DNA of 64,000 nucleotides from Diplonema japonicum (lineage: Eukaryota > Protista > Euglenozoa: Diplonemea). Each line of letters opens with the position of its first letter. Position 1 is the first letter of the stretch. The notes below the pieces were generated by a model. That model ran no database searches. It saw only the letters and a list, made by a program, of their open reading frames with translations, and was not told the origin of the DNA. Of this stretch, positions 57,964 to 64,000 are shown in pieces. A program made the position numbers and the translations under genes. Location: NCBI GenBank assembly GCA_964019335.1, contig OZ025648.1:620001-684000 (forward strand). Reading direction: 5' to 3'.

Positions 57964-60900
57964 ATGGCCCTTACTATAAAAGCAACTCTAGCAGATGGCC
58001 TACGGGGTGTCGTCTGCGTCGCAGGGTCAGATGTGAGACAGACAGCAGGCGAGGATGTGGTGGTGAGCATTGGTGATGTCGGGAGAGAGTTCACAATAGC
58101 CGTGTACGGGAACAGAGGTTTTGTGGAGGAAGTGACTGTAGCAGAGGACGACCTTCGATCGAGGACTGCAGAAAAAAAGGGGGCCCGTGTCGCAGTGCGA
58201 TGGGTCCTAGAAGGCATCGACCTCAGCAAGCCCATGGTGCGCCTGGCACCCCCCGACCTGCAGCGGGCACACACGCCGCCCATGGCCTATATAGGCGACT
58301 GCACGCTCACCATAACCACCCCGACTTCCAGCATCACTTCCATCACCCTCACCACCCCAGGACCCCTCCGTACCACACAGCAGATCGTCCACGGCTCCGC
58401 ACACACCAGCTTCCCTATCCTCACCTCCGAGGATTTCATCATAGTAGAGCTAGGCGCTGCCACCCCCTTGCCTACCCTTCTGGTCAAACTCGACGAAAAA
58501 AAGACCCTCAAAACCTACTGCCTGAAACAAGGGGTTTGGAAATCCGGAAGTGCCGATCCACAGCAGGACGGCATACCCTCACTTGCCTTCAAGACGGACC
58601 TCGTACTCAAGCAGCGACCCCAACCAGAGCTAAACACTCTGCATGTTGTGCAAGGCCGCTTCCCATCATCATCTGCAGTGCACCGATGGACCATAGCAGG
58701 ACACGAAAGCAAAGGCGACTGGCCATACTGGGGAGGGGCCAAGGTTAGCGAAGTGGCTCCCGGGACATCCCTCGATGTTTTGAAAGACGGCAAGCCGTAC
58801 GGAAAGATATCAGTTCCTCGGGGCAAGGGGGCAGGGTGGGTGGGCTCCTCCGACGGGCACTCGTCAAGAGGGTGGCCCAACTACGAGGTCTATCTTGTTT
58901 GGAATTTTCCTGAAGAGAAGCCTGTCATGCATGACATTGAACTACTGGGGGTCAGGGCCAGGAAGTTAATTGCACCAGATGGGCAGCCACCCCAAGCAGT
59001 GGCATGCGGCATCGTGTGTCTTGAAGAAATACGCAGGCAGTCGGCAGTCACACCAACAGACAGTGTGTGGGTGTGGCAGGAAGCGATGTGGCTACGTGGC
59101 ATTCCCTCTACCACACTGCCCCTCAAGGTGGCCGTCACAATGCTGGAGGATGTGGAAGGATTACCGTTGGGCACTGGATACTTCGAGCTGACAGACAAGA
59201 AACTGAGTGACTCGCAAGCAAAGGAACTCAGACTTGGCTTTGAGCTGGCTAATGACCGAGGAGACCCTGCTGGCTCTGCTGAAGTAGTTATCAGAACGAC
59301 AGCCAAGACACAAGGAAAGGTGGGGGGCAAGACAAAGAAGAAACCAAAACCTAAAGCGCAGCAGGCAACGAAAGCAAAAGCGACGCTGCTGGTATCGGTC
59401 CAGAGGCTGCGGGGAACTTCTGCATCCAGCATACGCGTAAGGCTGGGCACACGGCAACCTGAGGTAAAGGAGATCAAAGAAGCATCGCATTGCATCTTCA
59501 CGCTGCCGAGGTTGCGCGAGCTGTTGAATCTGAAAATTGCCCCGCAGCCTGGGGGGGCCACGGGGCAGATCTCATTCCTCGTCGAACCCTTGATATCCGA
59601 AGGATGCTTCAAGAGCACCAGCGGTGAAGGGTGGGTGTACCTCCAACCCGATGCTGGACCTTACTACGACCTCGTCACGAACGCTAACCTTGGAGAGGTG
59701 TACGTGCGTTGGTCTCTTGATGTGAAACAGACAATGTACTATGAGCTGCCAACGGGGCGTGACCTCGAACACCACGTCAAGTGGGCACAGCTCATCCGTA
59801 AGCCGCACACGACCGCCCCAAGACAGGTGAAGAGGGACGCGCCTGTCACTACGCTGCCACCTACCGTTGTGAACCTCAAGGTGAAGCAGATACTGCTGAG
59901 AGAAGGGAGTAAGGAATGTCGTATTGTCGAAGTCAGCAGCAACAAAACTGTGCCCGTCGGCACCAAGGTAAAGCTTGCTGTGCAGTCCGCAGCGTTGCAG
60001 TTGAATCTCTCCCGTGGTCAGCAGGCCGTTGGGGTGTGCAGTGTGCCGCTTGAGACGCCTGCAGAAGGCAAGTATCCTGTCACCAGGTACGGAGAGCAGG
60101 TAGGGGAACTAAATTTGCGATGGGACGTGGGTACAAGAGAACCTGGAACTATGCCTACCAGTGCCTCACCTGCACCTGCGCCCGCAGCACCAGCACCAGC
60201 ACGCGCAGCACACATCAAGAACAAAGAGGCTGCTGTGCTCAACAGTTTGCCGCCACTACCACAAGAACCTGTGCACCAGTCACTGGGGCAGTACGCAACA
60301 GGAGCAAGCACAATCCAAATGGACACAGGCTATGATACTCTACAAGATGATAGAGTGGAAACGCTAGAGCTACAGCTCGTTGATGAACTAAGCAAACGAG
60401 AGACAGCAGAGCAGAACGAGGTGTACTACAAGGCAGCGACGGAGGAGGCAGGGAGGCGCGCTAAGGTCTTCGAAGAAAGGAACGTGTCGCTCAAATCAGA
60501 ACTACAAGTCCTGCAGTCGCGGTACCAGGAGGTGATGGTAGGGTCGCAGCAGAGATACAGCGACAGCGAAGTGCAAACAATGAAGGCACAACTGGAAAGG
60601 ATGAAGGAAGAGATGAGGGTTCAGAAAAGTACGAACGAAGAACTGCGTAGAATGAACACGCAAATGCAGTACAGCGAGGCAGACCTTGAAGGGCTGCGGA
60701 GACAGTTGAAGGTGAAGAGGTACACGGAGAACGACATGGATGTCGCAAGGGGGCAACTTGCTGCTGTTAAAGAAGCACTGAGGAAGTGCGAAGGGGAGAA
60801 TGGCGAGCTTGTGAGGGAGCTGCGGCTAGTTGAAGTGAAAGAACAAGAGATCAGAGATATGACCCTCACTGTGGAGGAGCAAGACCGGCAACTAACTGCC

Positions 60901-61137
60901 TTGCGCAGTACCAACAGCGCCTTGGAGTCCACCGTACGCGACCTGAGGAGTGCTGAGACAGCTCATGTGTCGCGTGATGTGCTGCATGACACTCTGCAGA
61001 ACACTGCACACCTCGAGAGGCAGCTTCAAGAAGCTCAGCAGAGGGAGCAGTCACTGCTTTCCTACATCGACACGCTCAAGGCCGACCTTGAATCCTCGTC
61101 AAGGTTGTTAACGGAAGTTGCCCACCACCTCCCTTAG
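57964..61137 (+). CDS. Hypothetical ~1057-aa protein: beta-rich (possibly C2-like) N-terminal modules and long C-terminal coiled coil
   Basis: Uninterrupted ORF; repeated GxxxGE(L/V)x(L/V)RW-type strands; heptad-rich last ~270 aa. Confidence 0.7.
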   Translation: MALTIKATLADGLRGVVCVAGSDVRQTAGEDVVVSIGDVGREFTIAVYGNRGFVEEVTVAEDDLRSRTAEKKGARVAVRWVLEGIDLSKPMVRLAPPDLQRAHTPPMAYIGDCTLTITTPTSSITSITLTTPGPLRTTQQIVHGSAHTSFPILTSEDFIIVELGAATPLPTLLVKLDEKKTLKTYCLKQGVWKSGSADPQQDGIPSLAFKTDLVLKQRPQPELNTLHVVQGRFPSSSAVHRWTIAGHESKGDWPYWGGAKVSEVAPGTSLDVLKDGKPYGKISVPRGKGAGWVGSSDGHSSRGWPNYEVYLVWNFPEEKPVMHDIELLGVRARKLIAPDGQPPQAVACGIVCLEEIRRQSAVTPTDSVWVWQEAMWLRGIPSTTLPLKVAVTMLEDVEGLPLGTGYFELTDKKLSDSQAKELRLGFELANDRGDPAGSAEVVIRTTAKTQGKVGGKTKKKPKPKAQQATKAKATLLVSVQRLRGTSASSIRVRLGTRQPEVKEIKEASHCIFTLPRLRELLNLKIAPQPGGATGQISFLVEPLISEGCFKSTSGEGWVYLQPDAGPYYDLVTNANLGEVYVRWSLDVKQTMYYELPTGRDLEHHVKWAQLIRKPHTTAPRQVKRDAPVTTLPPTVVNLKVKQILLREGSKECRIVEVSSNKTVPVGTKVKLAVQSAALQLNLSRGQQAVGVCSVPLETPAEGKYPVTRYGEQVGELNLRWDVGTREPGTMPTSASPAPAPAAPAPARAAHIKNKEAAVLNSLPPLPQEPVHQSLGQYATGASTIQMDTGYDTLQDDRVETLELQLVDELSKRETAEQNEVYYKAATEEAGRRAKVFEERNVSLKSELQVLQSRYQEVMVGSQQRYSDSEVQTMKAQLERMKEEMRVQKSTNEELRRMNTQMQYSEADLEGLRRQLKVKRYTENDMDVARGQLAAVKEALRKCEGENGELVRELRLVEVKEQEIRDMTLTVEEQDRQLTALRSTNSALESTVRDLRSAETAHVSRDVLHDTLQNTAHLERQLQEAQQREQSLLSYIDTLKADLESSSRLLTEVAHHLP

Positions 61138-61346
61138 CTTTAGATTCTAGATGTTTAGAAAGTACCAAAGTTCTTTGCTCCTATTTTTTTCCCGTGCTAC
61201 TGTAACACCCGCTATCACAGGGCCTTTCAGCTAATCTTTTTACCAAAAAAACAAACAAAAAGCTCACGAGCTAACTTCTTTGTTTTCAAAACTTTTTTTT
61301 TAACTTCTCACTCCTTTCCCCCTACTTTTTCTTCATTTCTTTCAAA

Positions 61347-62171
61347 ATGACCGCTGTCATGAACATGTCCGTCAAGTCTGTCCCGCAGATGGTAGGCACC
61401 AAAGAAGAAAAAAAAAATCACAACACAAAACCACAGGAAGAGTACCCGATGGAGTACCAGCCTATGATGGTATCGCAGACAGCGATGGAGGGCACACCCA
61501 GCTCAATGGTTTTGGACATCGGGTACAGCCCTGTAGAGCAGCCTCTTCTCGTCCCTGCTGATGACGAGGAGGAGAGGTCCAGCGCTATTGACAAAACGAA
61601 GTACAAGACGAGGCTCTGCAGGAACTGGGCTGGTGGCAACGAGTGCCCGTATGGCGACAGGTGTGTCTTCGCGCATGGCGACCACGAGAAGAGGAAGGGC
61701 AGCGACCCCCTGCAGCTGGAGTCCCTCCCCTTGAAGAGGACTGAGTCGGTGGGCAGCAGCGCCAGGCTCGCTACCGCTCTTTCGACACCTCTCGACAGCT
61801 CCACCACATGGTACCAAGCAGAGCCTGCTGTGCAGAACTACTCCTTCCACTACAGCAATGGAACACCCACCACCGCAGAGCCGCAGTACTTAGAAGCCTC
61901 CTTCGCCACCGTTCCTGAACAGGAGTACGAGTACGGGCAGGACATTGAAAGGCAGCACTCCGAGGTGTCGGCTCCCACACCTGTGGCCACCTTGTACCGT
62001 TTTGAGCCCTACATGGGGGACACGGTCTGCAGGGTGGCAGTGCATGAGGCATCTGCTTTTGTCCTGGCGCACACAGCCACCACAGAATCAAACGGGCTCA
62101 GCGATGGGGGTGCTTCTGAGTCCACTTCGGACTCCGAACCACACACTGCTTACCCGTACTCTCAGGAGTAG
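61347..62171 (+). CDS. CCCH zinc-finger RNA-binding protein (TIS11-type finger)
   Basis: KYKTRLCRNWAGGNECPYGDRCVFAHG (C-x8-C-x5-C-x3-H); probable in-frame 45-nt intron 61392-61436. Confidence 0.88.
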   Translation: MTAVMNMSVKSVPQMVGTKEEKKNHNTKPQEEYPMEYQPMMVSQTAMEGTPSSMVLDIGYSPVEQPLLVPADDEEERSSAIDKTKYKTRLCRNWAGGNECPYGDRCVFAHGDHEKRKGSDPLQLESLPLKRTESVGSSARLATALSTPLDSSTTWYQAEPAVQNYSFHYSNGTPTTAEPQYLEASFATVPEQEYEYGQDIERQHSEVSAPTPVATLYRFEPYMGDTVCRVAVHEASAFVLAHTATTESNGLSDGGASESTSDSEPHTAYPYSQE

Positions 62172-62236
62172 TGTGACTCTTGTTTTTTGTTTTTTTTTTT
62201 TTATTCTTCTGCCCCTTCTGGGTCCTCTCCCCTCCT

Positions 62237-62271
<35 letters not shown>

Positions 62272-62816
62272 ATCGCTTCGCGAGAAGACGTCTACTCGAT
62301 ATTTTTTTGTTTTTTTTTTTTACATCCTTTTCTGTTCTATTCTTTCGGTTGTGTTCCAAAAAAGAAGGGGGGGAGGGAATGCAAAAAAAAACAAAAACGG
62401 GAAAGATATGATGGGGGGAAAAGAGAAAAAGAGGAAAAAAAAAGGGGGGAAGGAGGGAGGGGGGAAATGCATTCAGCTTCGATTTTCTCTGCTATATTTT
62501 TTCCTTTTGTATGGGGAAGGTTTATGGTAACCCCCTCTTTTTTTTTTCTTCTTGTTCTCTTTTTTCTTTTCTCTCCCCTTTTTCAATCTCCTCCCTTTTT
62601 TTTTCTTTTTTTTTTCGCCGACTTCACTGAGAATTTTAAAAGAAGAAAAGGAAAAGAAAAATGAAGAAAAGGATTTTTTTTTTGACGCTCCTTGTTTCTC
62701 ACTTTTTTTTTTTCTATACTTACATTTCTTCTTCTCAATTGGAAGAAAAGAATTTAACTTAACCATCCTCCCCCCCATTTTTTCTCCCTTCCTCTTCCTC
62801 TCCTCTTCCTGCGATC

Positions 62817-62849
<33 letters not shown>

Positions 62850-64000
62850 TCTAGGACGTTCGCCTTCAAGGTACATTGGTTGCCTTCTTCCCAAAGGTGC
62901 TGCGCCACAATTCTTATTTATTTTGTTGTGTTACTTTTTATTAGTCTACTTTTTTTTTTCTTCTCTCCTTTTATATTTCTCCTTTTTTCCTTAATAGCAT
63001 AAAAAGCAGTTTACCCCCCCCTTTTTTTCTGTTTCTTTCCCCCTTCTTTTCTTTTCCCTTCCGGAAACGTAGCTAATCCTTCTCATACCCCTCCCCTGCC
63101 CTATAGCGAAGCAAGCCTCTCCCCCTTACATGCTCCACAAAAAAGTTACCTACCCGTCAAACGGATACGTGGCTTCTCGCCCCCCCCCCCCTTTTTTTGC
63201 CGTAGGACTAGCCAGTGGGCTAGTTGGTGGGCGAAAATGCTAACCATAAATGTCTAGTTTGCCTTAGGGGCGAATAGAAAGAGAAGAGGAACGATGAGAG
63301 TTATCTTTTTTTTTTTTTTTTTTTTTCGATTCTTGCAGCTGCTCCTTTTTCTCCCCTTTACTGCTTTCATATGACACTGCCCAGTGGCTTTTCCCCCCCC
63401 CCCTTTTTTTTCTCAAAAGAAACTGTGAGGTATTTAAGGGGACTTGTTTGTAGGCTCCCGTTGATTTTTTATAAAAAAAAAAAAAAAAGAAAAACCAAAA
63501 AAAAGAGGGTCTTCTCATTAGGTGTTCTGCCCGGGGCATACAGAACAAACAACAATGGCCCAAGTTCCACCCACCTTTTTTTGTTTTGTTTTTCTTCTTC
63601 TTTTTTTTTTGTGCTTCATCAGTAGCTTAACTTTTTTTATTTTTCGTGTTATGTAATTCACTGTGCCAAAACTTCTTGCCGAGGGAAGTTTGGGAATTCT
63701 ACAAACCGTAAAAGTGCATTAGTTAATCCCGAAAAACAACCAAACACAAGTTTTTTTTTCTTTCTCAAGGGAACACCGCGTGTCTACTGGAAGGGGAAAC
63801 TTATTTTTTTTATTTTAGCTACTTATACTTTTTTTTTTTTTTTTTTTGCTTCTCAAAAAAAAGAAAAGGAAAAAAGAAAAGACCCCCCCCCCTCCCCCTC
63901 CCCCCCCTTCCCTCTATTCTACTCTATCGGTTTGTTGTCATTGTAAAATGGAAAATGTGATTTCTAATGCCTTTGTTCCACCGAAATCTGACCTCTGAAA

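Noticed and set aside
62187-64000. Phe- or Lys-rich ORFs in low-complexity sequence (also 47200-48700 and 52700-55700)
   Set aside because: Translations of poly-T and poly-A tracts
1-64000. Spliced-leader RNA gene or rRNA genes
   Set aside because: No CAGTTTCTGTACTTTATTG-like SL core or rRNA motifs seen, so trans-splicing remains an inference

Overview
Eukaryotic nuclear DNA that looks euglenozoan (diplonemid-like; this is inferred from gene architecture, not from a database match). Protein genes form two strand-uniform blocks: everything from 1 to 30306 is on the minus strand (amidohydrolase, a KAAEEE-repeat CaaX protein, APC13-like, tRNA-Ala, AEP/PriCT-2 primase, RPL7A, DEPDC5/IML1, a multi-domain 2OG-oxygenase, POC1, eEF2) and everything from 39405 on is on the plus strand (GH20 hexosaminidase, PPP phosphatase, P4-ATPase, a degenerate acyl-CoA synthetase-like protein, a beta-rich/coiled-coil protein, a CCCH zinc-finger protein). 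I traced 26 GT-AG introns by hand, 24 of them only 31-46 nt, mostly with GTATG donors and A/C-rich bodies. The 9-kb divergent strand-switch region (30307-39404) is a nest of transposon remnants and repeats. Its most striking feature is a positional CpG->TpG/CpA mutation gradient: repeat copies at the edges keep their CpGs and copies in the core have lost nearly all of them, while piggyBac remnants elsewhere in the window keep theirs. This suggests a bounded methylation or RIP-like domain, possibly centromeric or heterochromatic. An identical 43-nt motif containing GCTAAC occurs twice, 41 kb apart, each time in the local sense orientation upstream of a pyrimidine tract and AG.
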